Shown here: positions 1 to 9,443 of the stretch, piece after piece
Numbering within the stretch: the stretch's first letter is position 1
How the letters are laid out: each line of letters begins with the position of its first letter
DNA from: an uncultured delta proteobacterium
GTDB lineage: Bacteria; Desulfobacterota; RBG-13-43-22
Reading direction: 5' to 3'
DNA: 64,000 nucleotides
NCBI GenBank assembly: GCA_963790475.1
Contig: CAWBOS010000012.1
Span: 1,533,876-1,597,875 of the forward strand
Position numbers and translations under genes: made by a program
Notes under the pieces: model-generated
The model's input: only the letters and a program-made list of their open reading frames with translations
Told to the model about the DNA's origin: nothing
Database searches by the model: none

Positions 1-765
1 CCCCTTGAAATGCGGTTCTCTTTTTTCGACAAAGGCATTTGCGGCCTCCTGCCGATCCTCGCTCAGTTCCTGGGGCAAAACATAGTCCACATATTCTCTT
101 TCCACTTTTCGTCCGGATCGTTCCGTCTGGGTGTAATATCCGTATTTCACCGACCTGATAAACAGCGGTGGAACCATCTTCAACAGTTCGGCCCATTTTT
201 CAGCTTCTTTTATCAGCCCATCATCAGACACAACGTCATTGACCAGGCCGAATCCCATGGCTCGCTGAGCACTCATCAAGCGTCCGCCTTTCCAGGAGAG
301 GAGCATGAATTCCAGGGCGATCTTGAAAGGCATATAGGGGGCATATTGAGGCGGGATCTGGGCCACACCGGCCCTGCTTTCCGGATAGCCGAAAAGGGCA
401 TTTTCGGAGGCAATGGTGATGTCACAACCCGTCACGGCAATGATGTACCCCAGTCCGAGAGCGTAGCCGCGGACGGCCCCGACAATCGGCTTGAAAAGGT
501 CCGTGCCGTTCAAGGGGTAGGCCTCGTGGTATTCCCAGGGTTTTCCCATTTTTCGATCTTCATCGGTCAGGTCGACGCCCACGGAGAAGGACTTGCCATT
601 AGCGCTCAAGATGGCGACTTGGGCCTCCGAATCTTTCTCAAAGCGCTTCCAGGCGTCCCGCAGGGAGAAACTCATTTCCAGATTGAAGGCGTTCAATTTT
701 TCCGGCCGATTCAGGGTGATGTAGGCTATGTTGTTCTTCACTTCGTACAAAACCGTATCAGACAT
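1..765 (-). CDS. Enoyl-CoA hydratase/isomerase (crotonase) family protein, 3' end runs off the window
   Basis: Not in the ORF track; read by hand on the minus strand. ATG at 765 with RBS AAGGAGG, N-terminus MSDTVLYEVKNNIAYITLNRPEKLNAF, C-terminus AFVEKREPHFKG at the window edge; both are typical crotonase termini. Confidence 0.9.
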   Translation of the reverse strand, partial: MSDTVLYEVKNNIAYITLNRPEKLNAFNLEMSFSLRDAWKRFEKDSEAQVAILSANGKSFSVGVDLTDEDRKMGKPWEYHEAYPLNGTDLFKPIVGAVRGYALGLGYIIAVTGCDITIASENALFGYPESRAGVAQIPPQYAPYMPFKIALEFMLLSWKGGRLMSAQRAMGFGLVNDVVSDDGLIKEAEKWAELLKMVPPLFIRSVKYGYYTQTERSGRKVEREYVDYVLPQELSEDRQEAANAFVEKREPHFKG

Positions 766-818
766 GTTGGTGACCTCCTTTATTCGTAGCACTTTAAGTG
801 TTTGAAAAAGAGTTTTTA

Positions 819-1006
819 TTCACCGCAAAGCCGCAAAGAACGCAAAGAGTTTTTTTTGAACAATCCCGTGAAAGGAGGGATTGTTCAAACCGGCTCTGGC
901 CTCCGGCCAAATCATTGCCTGAGGGCAGGGAAGCTTCTCTATTGCAGGCCGCTCACCTGCAATAGAGGAATGTTTTTCTTTGCGCCCTCTGTGTCTCTGC
1001 GGTGAA
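819..1006. repeat. Intergenic palindromic MITE-like element with short-repeat termini
   Basis: Ends TTCACCGCAAAG(CCGCAAAGAACGCAAAG) and (CTTTGCGCCCTCTGTGT)CTCTGCGGTGAA are inverted. Two internal hairpins: TTTGAACAATCC/GGATTGTTCAAA and CTCTATTGCAGG/CCTGCAATAGAG. Confidence 0.65.
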
Positions 1007-1056
1007 AGCAGGTGTTTCAAAAAGCTAATTTAATACAAAAATTCAAGTAGGACTGG

Positions 1057-1917
1057 TTAGTCTTTTCCGCTCAGGCCGGCTTTTTTCAGCCAGGGCAGTG
1101 AAAGTTGATAATTTTTCTTGGCCACATTGGTCCTGGCAAAACCGCCTTGACTGGGAGGAGTCATCGTTCCGGTGCGGGTAGCCGTCATAAGGCAGAAATT
1201 ATTGAAAGACGATTCCACCTCGGCGTTCAGGCCCATGGTTTCTTCCATATGGTTGATGGAGAATTTGCACAACCTGACCCAGTAAGGGACATCCAGGTAG
1301 TTTTCCGCCACCCTCTGGGCATAGGCCAGGGTCTCTTTTTCCAAAGTTTCCGGATCGAAGATCCGGTTGACAAACCCATAGGAGAGGGCTTCCCGGGCGG
1401 TCATGAAACGATGCTCGAAAAGTATTTCTTTGGCCCGCCGGGGTCCTATGTCATAGGGTACGGAAAAATATTCCACGAAGCCGGGAAGGAATTGGGCATC
1501 CTCGGCGGCGAAGAGAATATCCATGGAGGCGGCTACCATCCAGCCGCCGAAGATACAATAGCCATGGACCATGGCTATTGTGGGTTTGGGCAGGTTACGC
1601 CAGGCCAGGCAAAATTCGACATACATTTTTCGCATGTCTTCAAACCAGGGCGTTAAACCCTGTTCGGCGCGTACGGCATAACCTTGTTGTTGTTTGTATT
1701 CTCTATCTTCCTCAGTCCCGATATCGTGCCCCGCCGAAAAGGCCCGTCCAAGGCCGGAGAGGACAATGGCGCCGCACTGCGGATCCTTGGTGGCCATCTT
1801 GAGGGCCGAATCCACTTCCTCAAGCAGTAGATAACTCTGGGCGTTTAGAACCCTGGGCCGATTGAGAATGATTCGGGCCACCTTTCCCGGTTGATAAACA
1901 ACATGTTTATACTCCAT
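1057..1917 (-). CDS. Enoyl-CoA hydratase/isomerase family protein
   Basis: ARIILNRPRVLNA, GRAFSAGHD, KPTIAMVHGYCIFGG motifs; RBS AAGGAGG upstream. Confidence 0.92.
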   Translation of the reverse strand: MEYKHVVYQPGKVARIILNRPRVLNAQSYLLLEEVDSALKMATKDPQCGAIVLSGLGRAFSAGHDIGTEEDREYKQQQGYAVRAEQGLTPWFEDMRKMYVEFCLAWRNLPKPTIAMVHGYCIFGGWMVAASMDILFAAEDAQFLPGFVEYFSVPYDIGPRRAKEILFEHRFMTAREALSYGFVNRIFDPETLEKETLAYAQRVAENYLDVPYWVRLCKFSINHMEETMGLNAEVESSFNNFCLMTATRTGTMTPPSQGGFARTNVAKKNYQLSLPWLKKAGLSGKD

Positions 1918-2254
1918 GGCTGTACCTCCTTCAGGTTCGTTGTTTCAATGTTGTAAGTATATAAGCTTTCGTATCATTTACCCAATTTGATGTCAACTCA
2001 TTGTATGGAGGATTTTCTTGTCTGATCGATCCATAGATCTGAGGAGAGAAATTCTAATTTTTGTTAAAATCCTATCGTTCTCAGTGTCCCATTCTCAATT
2101 TCTCTCCCTCAAGAGTTTATTGGTGACTTTTTCCGGGAATCAATAACCGCGAATTTTCTCCTAAAACCTTTTATCTCTGATTAAGGGATTTAGCCCCTCT
2201 TATCGTCAAAAATCCTTGCTAAAAAATCGTTTCTTCTTTAAAATAAGTAACCAT

Positions 2255-3607
2255 ATGGATTTTCCGGAAAAAGTTTATACTGTCACCCGGCTGACCGAGG
2301 AGATAAAAGACTTGCTGGAAGGGGAATTTCCCTTTCTCTGGCTGGAAGGGGAGATCTCCAATTTCCGGGTTCCGCCCAGCGGGCATTACTATTTTACCCT
2401 GAAAGATTCTTCCTGCCAAATAAGGGCTGTTTTTTTTAAATCCGGGCAGTTAGGACTGACCTTCAGGCCCGAGAACGGGCTTCAGGTACTGTGTTTCGGC
2501 CGTCTGAGTGTCTATTCCGGCCGGGGCGAATACCAGATAATTCTGGAAAGGATGGAACTGAAAGGTTGGGGCGCCCTTCAACTGGCTTTTGAACAGCTGA
2601 AAGAACGATTATTCAAAGAGGGGTTGTTTGACCAGGAACGAAAGAAACCATTGCCCATTCTACCCAGGCGGGTGGCCGTGGTCACCTCCCCGACCGGGGC
2701 CGTTATTCAGGATTTTTTAAGGATTTTATTTCGCCGTTTCCAAAATATTCAAGTCTCCATCTGCCCGGTTCTGGTGCAGGGAGAAACTGCCTCTTTTGAA
2801 ATTGAAGAGGCCATTGGACGATTAAACCAGTCTTCGTTAGGGATCGAGGTCATTGTCCTGGCCCGAGGAGGAGGTTCCTTAGAGGATCTCTGGCCTTTCA
2901 ATGAAGAACGGGTGGCCCGGGCCATTGCGGCTTCCTCCATCCCGGTTATCTCGGCCATCGGGCACGAGGTGGATTTTACCATCGCTGATTTTGCGGCCGA
3001 CCTCAGGGCCTCAACCCCTTCGGCTGCCGCGGAATTATTGATTCAACCCCAACAAGAATGGGAATCCCATATTAAGGAGCTCCGGGATCGGCTGGTCCGG
3101 CAGGTTCTCCGGAAAATAGATCTTTATCAGGAAAAACTTTTTCATTTTCAGAAACGGATCGGGGATCCCCGCCGGGGTTTAATTGACCTGACCCTCCGGT
3201 TGGATGATTATGAGGTCCGCCTTCGCCTGGCCCTTCAAAGAATCTTGGGGAAAAAGCGGGATAATCTGGGATGGATTCAGGATAAGTTAGTGATGAGAAA
3301 CCCGCAAGGAATGATCCTGGCCGCAGGCAACAGTCTGGAAATTCAAAAAATGAAATTAAAAGGGCTGTTCATTCGAAAACTGGAAAAATTAGAGATGGAC
3401 CTGCAGGGTCAGGATAAAACGCTTCAGGCCTTGAGCCCCTGGGGGATATTGGACCGGGGTTATGCCCTGGTCCGGACCCTGCCGGAATTAACCCTGGTAA
3501 AAGAAGTGGAGGACGCCCCTCCCGGCCGGCAGGTCCGGGTATCCATAGCCCGGGGAGAATTGGATTGTTTAGTGGAGCAGACCCGAAAAAACCTCGAAGT
3601 TGCATAA
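2255..3607 (+). CDS. xseA: Exodeoxyribonuclease VII large subunit
   Basis: WLEGEISNF, SGHYYFTLKD, ARGGGSLEDLWPFN, SAIGHEVDFTIADFAAD motifs; ATG 2255 preferred as start. Confidence 0.97.
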   Translation: MDFPEKVYTVTRLTEEIKDLLEGEFPFLWLEGEISNFRVPPSGHYYFTLKDSSCQIRAVFFKSGQLGLTFRPENGLQVLCFGRLSVYSGRGEYQIILERMELKGWGALQLAFEQLKERLFKEGLFDQERKKPLPILPRRVAVVTSPTGAVIQDFLRILFRRFQNIQVSICPVLVQGETASFEIEEAIGRLNQSSLGIEVIVLARGGGSLEDLWPFNEERVARAIAASSIPVISAIGHEVDFTIADFAADLRASTPSAAAELLIQPQQEWESHIKELRDRLVRQVLRKIDLYQEKLFHFQKRIGDPRRGLIDLTLRLDDYEVRLRLALQRILGKKRDNLGWIQDKLVMRNPQGMILAAGNSLEIQKMKLKGLFIRKLEKLEMDLQGQDKTLQALSPWGILDRGYALVRTLPELTLVKEVEDAPPGRQVRVSIARGELDCLVEQTRKNLEVA

Positions 3608-3686
3608 AAAAACAGGGGGCGATTTAGAAATTTTTCCAATAGGAACACAAAGTTTTCCAATATCGAGGTAAAGGAGGACGGTCCTT

Positions 3687-3923
3687 TTGGCCAAAGATCG
3701 ATTTGAAGACACGTTTAAGAAATTAGAAACGATCGTCAATAAATTAGAAAGCGGTGATCTTTCTTTAGAAGATTCCATGAAGTTGTTTGAGGAAGGGATG
3801 CGGTTGTCCCATCTATGTTCCGAAAGGCTGGCCGAGGTCCAAAGAAGGGTGGAGGTTCTGCTCAAGTCGGAGGGCGGAGGGTTTCAAGCACAGCCATTTC
3901 CTTTTGAAGAGGAGAAGGAGTAG
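3687..3923 (+). CDS. xseB: Exodeoxyribonuclease VII small subunit
   Basis: FEDTFKKLETIVNKLESGDLSLEDSMKLFEEG; TTG start with AAGGAGG RBS; lies between xseA and ispA. Confidence 0.96.
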   Translation: MAKDRFEDTFKKLETIVNKLESGDLSLEDSMKLFEEGMRLSHLCSERLAEVQRRVEVLLKSEGGGFQAQPFPFEEEKE

Positions 3924-3924
3924 C

Positions 3925-4821
3925 TTGGTCAGGCCTCTTCCGGAGGAACTCAATAGACTTCAAGAAAGGGTGGATGAGGGACTCCGGTCTTATTTTCCTC
4001 CGGCTGCTCCCTATACCCATCGGGTGCGAAAGGCCATGGAGTACAGTTTGTTCGCCGGAGGCAAACGGATCAGGCCGATTTTGTGTTTGCTGGCCTGTAA
4101 GGCTGTGGGAGGAAGGATGATCAAGGCCCTCCCTGCGGCCTGTGCCCTGGAATATATCCATACTTATTCTCTGATTCATGATGATCTTCCGGCTTTGGAC
4201 AACGATGATTACCGCAGGGGGTTTCTTAGCTGTCATAAAAAATTCGGGGAAGCCACGGCTATTCTGGCCGGGGATGCCCTGCTTACCGAGGCCTTTTCTT
4301 TGCTGTCCGACCCGGAGGTCATGAAGAAGGTTCAGGCCCGTACCCGTATCCGGTTGATCCGGGAGATTGCCGTTGCAGCCGGAATTCAGGGCATGGTGGC
4401 CGGACAAGAAGCCGATTTGGAGGCCGAGAAAAAAAAGGTTTCCCTGGATTATTTGCGATATATCCACAATCATAAAACCGGGGCGCTGATTATGGCCTCG
4501 CTGGTTTGCGGTGGGCTGATCGGAGAAGGAATAACCTGGGAAATCCGGGCCTTGAGGAGATTCGGAGAAAAGATCGGCCTGGCCTTTCAGATCAAAGACG
4601 ATATGTTGAATGTGGAAGGACAAGCCAAGGTCATGGGAAAGAAAACGGGCACGGATGAAAAAAAGGCCAAGGCGACCTATCCGGTCAGGATGGGTATGGA
4701 AAAATCCAAGACCTCAGCCCAGGAACTGCTGGACGAGGCCAAAGATGCCCTGGGGATCTTTGGGAAGGGTGCCAGTCCCTTGAAGGCCATAGGGGCCTAT
4801 ATTCTTTCACGGGACAGGTGA
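3925..4821 (+). CDS. ispA: Polyprenyl (farnesyl/geranylgeranyl) diphosphate synthase
   Basis: GGKRIRP, SLIHDDLPALDNDDYRRG, LAFQIKDD motifs; TTG at 3925 with AAGGAG RBS. Confidence 0.95.
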   Translation: MVRPLPEELNRLQERVDEGLRSYFPPAAPYTHRVRKAMEYSLFAGGKRIRPILCLLACKAVGGRMIKALPAACALEYIHTYSLIHDDLPALDNDDYRRGFLSCHKKFGEATAILAGDALLTEAFSLLSDPEVMKKVQARTRIRLIREIAVAAGIQGMVAGQEADLEAEKKKVSLDYLRYIHNHKTGALIMASLVCGGLIGEGITWEIRALRRFGEKIGLAFQIKDDMLNVEGQAKVMGKKTGTDEKKAKATYPVRMGMEKSKTSAQELLDEAKDALGIFGKGASPLKAIGAYILSRDR

Positions 4822-4910
4822 GCTTGTTGCTGATAGCTCATAGCTCACAGCCCGAAGTTTAAAAATAAATTCTGCTATTACCTATCAACTACGAGCTATC
4901 AGCTAAGAGC
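4820..4910. repeat. Intergenic heptamer inverted array (GCTSATA type)
   Basis: GCTGATA-GCTCATA-GCTCACA followed by the inverted CTATCAA-CTACGAG-CTATCAG-CTAAGAG; similar arrays at 16131 and 55371. Confidence 0.75.
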
Positions 4911-4925
4911 TTTTTTGATGGATTT

Positions 4926-6857
4926 ATGATGGATAAAAAAGTCAAAATCAACGTCGAAGAAAAGCCGACCTCTTTACTGGATACCATTTCAGGTCCGATG
5001 GATCTTAAATCCCTGTCCATGGCCCAACTGAAACAGTTGGCTGAAGAAATTCGAAAACTGATTATTGAAACCGTTTCTAAGAATGGGGGGCATCTGGCCC
5101 CCAATCTGGGAGTGGTTGAATTGACCATAGCCCTCCACTATGTGTTTAAGAGTCCTGAAGACAAGATTATCTGGGATGTAGGGCATCAATCCTATACCCA
5201 TAAAATCCTTACCGGAAGAAGGGACCAGTTCCCTACCTTAAGGACCTTCGGAGGATTGAGCGGTTTCCCCAAACGGCAGGAAAGTCCCCATGATATTTTT
5301 GATACCGGTCATAGCGGGAACTCCATATCGGTTGGATTGGGGATAACAGCGGCCAAAGGATTGAAAAAGGAAGCCTCTAAGACCATAGCCGTTATCGGCG
5401 ATGGATCCATGACCGCAGGGGAGGCCTTTGAAGGATTAAACCAGGCCGGACATCTTAACCAGGACCTGATCGTGGTTTTGAACGACAACGAGATGTCCAT
5501 ATCTCAAAATGTGGGGGCCCTTTCTTCTTTTTTGAGTAAGCGTCTGACCGGCAAAGGTTTTGTACAGTTCAAAAGAGAGATGGAGTCATTTCTTAAATCC
5601 ATTCCCGGCATCGGAGAGAACCTGATTCAGTTGGCAAAAAAAGGTGAGGATTCCTTTACCGGTTTTTTTACACCGGGGATGCTTTTTGCCGCCTTACACT
5701 TTGATTATGTGGGACCGGTGAAAGGCCACCGGCTGGAGGACCTGATTGCTACTTTTGAAAACATCCGCCATATCCAGGCCCCGGTTCTGGTTCATGTTTT
5801 GACCACCAAGGGTAAAGGATATCCGCCGGCGGAAAAAAACCCCAGTCATTTTCACGGAGTCGGCCCGTTTAACCTGGAGGCCGAGGATCCAACGCTGAAG
5901 AAGCCGTCGGAAATTCCAACCTATACCGAGGTATTCGGTAAAACCATGGTGGCCCTGGCGGAAAAAGATCCGCGGATAGTGGCCATTTCCGCGGCTATGC
6001 CCGAAGGGACCGGATTGAATCTTTTTACCCAACGATTTCCAGGGCGGTTTTTTGATGTGGGAATTGCTGAACAACATGCCGTCACCTTTGCCGCCGGATT
6101 GGCCCTGGAGGGTTTAAAACCCGTTGTAGCCATCTATTCCACTTTTATCCAAAGGGCTTACGATCAGGTGCTTCAGGATGTTTGTCTGCCGGGTATCCCG
6201 GTGATCTTTGCCCTGGATCGGGCCGGGATTGTCGGAGAGGACGGGCCTACCCATCAAGGTCTTTTCGACCTTTCCTTCCTCCGGCCTCTGCCTAATATGG
6301 TGGTCATGGCCCCCAAGGACGAAAGGGAATTGCGGGACATGCTTTATTCCGCCCCGACCTATAACCACCCGGTGGCCATCCGCTACCCCCGAGGGGTCGG
6401 GGTTGGGGTATCCCTGAACGGAGAGGTCGAGGCGATTTCCCTCGGAAAATGGGAGATCCTCAAAGAAGGAGAAGACCTGGCCATACTGGCTATCGGTAAT
6501 ACGGTCCATCCGGCCCTGGAAGCAGCCCAGCGGTTGACTTTTGAAGGAAAATCGGCCACGGTAATCAATGCCCGTTTTCTAAAACCTATGGATGAAGGAC
6601 TTTTAGCCGAAACGGCCAAGAAATTTTCCATCCTCATTACCGTGGAAGAAAATGTGGTCCAGGGAGGGTTCGGCAGTGCGGTTATGGAGAAGCTCAATCT
6701 GTTTCCGGCCGCGGGAATCCGGGTACGATCTCTGGGTATTCCCGATTGTTTTGTGGAACAAGGGCCTTCCAAGAAAATAAGGAATTTATACGGTCTGGAT
6801 GCTGAGGGAATTTTCAAGGTCATGATGGAAGAACTCCATGGCCCTCAGAATTCCTAA
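4926..6857 (+). CDS. dxs: 1-deoxy-D-xylulose-5-phosphate synthase
   Basis: GGHLAPNLGVVELT, WDVGHQSYTHK, GDGSMTAG..LNDN, DVGIAEQHAV, GEDGPTHQG motifs. Confidence 0.98.
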   Translation: MMDKKVKINVEEKPTSLLDTISGPMDLKSLSMAQLKQLAEEIRKLIIETVSKNGGHLAPNLGVVELTIALHYVFKSPEDKIIWDVGHQSYTHKILTGRRDQFPTLRTFGGLSGFPKRQESPHDIFDTGHSGNSISVGLGITAAKGLKKEASKTIAVIGDGSMTAGEAFEGLNQAGHLNQDLIVVLNDNEMSISQNVGALSSFLSKRLTGKGFVQFKREMESFLKSIPGIGENLIQLAKKGEDSFTGFFTPGMLFAALHFDYVGPVKGHRLEDLIATFENIRHIQAPVLVHVLTTKGKGYPPAEKNPSHFHGVGPFNLEAEDPTLKKPSEIPTYTEVFGKTMVALAEKDPRIVAISAAMPEGTGLNLFTQRFPGRFFDVGIAEQHAVTFAAGLALEGLKPVVAIYSTFIQRAYDQVLQDVCLPGIPVIFALDRAGIVGEDGPTHQGLFDLSFLRPLPNMVVMAPKDERELRDMLYSAPTYNHPVAIRYPRGVGVGVSLNGEVEAISLGKWEILKEGEDLAILAIGNTVHPALEAAQRLTFEGKSATVINARFLKPMDEGLLAETAKKFSILITVEENVVQGGFGSAVMEKLNLFPAAGIRVRSLGIPDCFVEQGPSKKIRNLYGLDAEGIFKVMMEELHGPQNS

Positions 6858-7587
6858 AGTCCGGCTGGACCGGCTCTTGGTGGAAAAAGGTTTGGCCTCT
6901 TCCCAGGAAAAGGCCCGCGCTTTGATCTATGCCGGAATGGTTCGGGTCGATCAACTTCCGGCTCTGAAACCGGGTAAGGCCATTGATCCCGGATTGCCTT
7001 TAGAGGTTAAGCAGGCCGAACATCCTTATGTGGGGCGCGGTGGGGTAAAATTAGACAAGGCCCTGGCCGACTTCCGGATCGAAGTCCGAGGCAAAACGGC
7101 CATGGATATAGGGGCTTCCACCGGAGGGTTTACCCATTGTCTGCTTTTGAGAGACATAAAACAAGTATATGCCATTGATGTAGGCTATGGCCAACTAGCC
7201 TGGGAAATACGTCAGGACCCCCGGGTAAAGGTCATGGAGAGAAGGAATGTCCGGTTCCTTACCCTGTCCGATATTGGAGAACAGGTAGAATTAATGGTGG
7301 TCGATACCTCCTTTATTTCCTTAACCATGGTCATTCCGCCCTTGATCCCTATCCTGAAGGATCAGGGAGAAATCGTGGCCTTGATCAAACCTCAGTTTGA
7401 AGTGGGAAAAGGAAAAGTCGGAAAAGGGGGCGTGGTCAGAAATGAAGAAGATCGAAAAACAGTGATAGAGGGCTTGGGCCTTTTTTTTCAGAAAATAGGG
7501 CTTTCAGTCCTGGGAACCATGGAATCCCCTATTCAAGGGGCCAAGGGGAACCGGGAATTCTTTATGCATTTGAAAAAAGGGGAATAG
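6838..7587 (+). CDS. tlyA: TlyA family rRNA 2'-O-methyltransferase
   Basis: S4-like N-terminus RLDRLLV, YVGRGGVKL, DIGASTGGFT, LIKPQFE, SPIQGAKGNREF. Confidence 0.95.
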   Translation: MALRIPKVRLDRLLVEKGLASSQEKARALIYAGMVRVDQLPALKPGKAIDPGLPLEVKQAEHPYVGRGGVKLDKALADFRIEVRGKTAMDIGASTGGFTHCLLLRDIKQVYAIDVGYGQLAWEIRQDPRVKVMERRNVRFLTLSDIGEQVELMVVDTSFISLTMVIPPLIPILKDQGEIVALIKPQFEVGKGKVGKGGVVRNEEDRKTVIEGLGLFFQKIGLSVLGTMESPIQGAKGNREFFMHLKKGE

Positions 7588-7665
7588 ACTGAAGGCTGAA
7601 GGATGATAAAAACTTTCGGCCGATCTCCACTTAGTCTTTAACCTTCAGTCTATTTACCTTCAGCC
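7587..7665. repeat. Intergenic heptamer inverted array (CTGAAGG type)
   Basis: GACTGAAGGCTGAAGG ... CCTTCAGTCT..CCTTCAGCC; a related array lies at about 61715-61865. Confidence 0.65.
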
Positions 7666-7691
7666 TAAATACCTATATGGAGGTTGTGGAA

Positions 7692-8882
7692 ATGCAGTTG
7701 GCAGAGCGGATAGGACAAATTAAACCGTCCCTGACCTTGGCGGTCGACGCCAAGGCCAAGGCTATGAAAAAATCCGGCCTGGATATCATCAGTTTCGGGG
7801 TCGGAGAACCGGATTTTGATACGCCGGAACATATTAAGGAAGCGGCTATTCAAGCCATTAGGGAAGGGTTTACCAAATACACCCCGGTCAGCGGAATCGA
7901 TGAACTCAGAGAAGCAGTTGCTTTTCGATTTAAAGAGGACCTGGGATTGGATTATAAACCCAATGAAGTGGTGGTAACCTGTGGAGGGAAACATGCCCTG
8001 TATAATATTGCGCAGGCCTTGTGGGGACCGGGGGATGAGGTGATCATTCCGGCCCCCTACTGGGTTTCCTATCCGCCCATGGTCCTCTTGGCCGGGGCTA
8101 ATCCGATTATTGTCGCCACGAAGGGAAAAAACGGCTTTAAATTGACCCCCGACGAATTAAGATCGGCCATTACCCCCCGGACGAGGGCGATTATCCTGAA
8201 CAGTCCCTCCAATCCTACTGGATCGGTTTATTCGAAGAACGAATTAGGGGCCTTGGGAAAGGTGATCCTGGAAAAGGACCTGACGGTCATCAGCGATGAC
8301 ATCTATGATAAGATTCTTTTTGATGACCTGAAGTTTTCCAATTTGGCGATGATCGACCCCCGGTTTAAAGAAAGGACCATCGTCGTCAACGGCGCTTCCA
8401 AGACTTATGCCATGACCGGTTGGCGAATCGGTTATCTGGCGGGACCTATTGGCATCGTTAAGGCCATTGATACGGTACAAAGCCACAGTACCTCCAACCC
8501 GACCTCCATCGCCCAAAAAGCCAGTGTGGCGGCTTTAAGGGGACCTCAAGACTCCGTTAAACAAATGGTGGCCGAGTTTGATCGCCGCCGGGTCTATATT
8601 GCCGAACGTTTGAAGGCTCTGCCGGGGGTGAAAACGGCTCTTCCCCAGGGGGCCTTTTATATATTTCCTAATTTTTCTGACTATTATGGTCGAAAAACAG
8701 AGGGCCGGTTATTAAAGAATTCTCTGGACTTAGCCGATTATCTATTAGAGAAGGCCTTGATTGCCGTTGTGCCTGGGGCGGCTTTCGGGGAGGACGGTTG
8801 TCTGCGCTTTTCTTATGCCACATCTCTGGCGCAGATTGAAAAAGGTCTGGATCGGCTGGAAAAAGCCCTTAAAGAACTTTAG
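7692..8882 (+). CDS. aspC: PLP-dependent aminotransferase class I/II (aspartate aminotransferase)
   Basis: GEPDFDTP, NSPSNPTG, SDDIY, SKTYAMTGWRIG (PLP lysine); start 7692 or 7677. Confidence 0.93.
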   Translation: MQLAERIGQIKPSLTLAVDAKAKAMKKSGLDIISFGVGEPDFDTPEHIKEAAIQAIREGFTKYTPVSGIDELREAVAFRFKEDLGLDYKPNEVVVTCGGKHALYNIAQALWGPGDEVIIPAPYWVSYPPMVLLAGANPIIVATKGKNGFKLTPDELRSAITPRTRAIILNSPSNPTGSVYSKNELGALGKVILEKDLTVISDDIYDKILFDDLKFSNLAMIDPRFKERTIVVNGASKTYAMTGWRIGYLAGPIGIVKAIDTVQSHSTSNPTSIAQKASVAALRGPQDSVKQMVAEFDRRRVYIAERLKALPGVKTALPQGAFYIFPNFSDYYGRKTEGRLLKNSLDLADYLLEKALIAVVPGAAFGEDGCLRFSYATSLAQIEKGLDRLEKALKEL

Positions 8883-8976
8883 ACGCGTTTAGGGAGAGGA
8901 TCGATCAGGATTTTTGGACTTGAGGTTTAATCCCGGTGCTTTTTACCCTTGGCCATTGGAAGCTTACGTTTTTTTA

Positions 8977-9020
8977 CTGGTGTGAGCCTTCTAAAGCAGC
9001 TAAGAAGGCTCATGGCACCA
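8977..9020. terminator. Hairpin between convergent genes, probable terminator
   Basis: CTGGTG-TGAGCCTTCT/AGAAGGCTCA-TGGCACCAG stem between the aminotransferase and PxxKW gene ends. Confidence 0.5.
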
Positions 9021-9048
9021 GGGGTTTCTTCGGTCCCAACAAGGGAAC

Positions 9049-9327
9049 CTATCGGGCACTGCGCTTGGAGGCCTTCAGCGGATTAATCTTGGCGGCGGCT
9101 TGGATCGGGGTCTTTTTAATATGAGTGGCTAAATTGCAGTTTCCCAATTTCCATTTTTGGGAAGGATCGGGATAAGAAAGGCAATATTTTCCACTTTCAA
9201 AGTCCTTGCTCCGATCGCAGCCTTCACATTGTTCGATTACAGGATAACAGGATCCTCCATTAAACGAACACCCCTTGGGGCTCATGAAGGTGCAGGCGGC
9301 TCCGAGTTTTACGGTTGAACAAACCAT
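9049..9327 (-). CDS. PxxKW family cysteine-rich protein
   Basis: Eight Cys, PSQKW motif, C-terminal KINPLKASKRS; a family typical of Deltaproteobacteria. Confidence 0.88.
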   Translation of the reverse strand: MVCSTVKLGAACTFMSPKGCSFNGGSCYPVIEQCEGCDRSKDFESGKYCLSYPDPSQKWKLGNCNLATHIKKTPIQAAAKINPLKASKRSAR

Positions 9328-9443
9328 GGTAATCACCCCCTTTCATTAAACTTAATAAGATAAATAAAAGTTTCTTGTTTGTCAACTTTTTTTTGTAAAA
9401 TTTTTATACTTAAATTGGTTTTCTAAAAACGACCTCAAACATT

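Noticed and set aside
10-789. 259-aa plus-strand ORF
   Set aside because: Antisense shadow of the real minus-strand crotonase gene (1-765).
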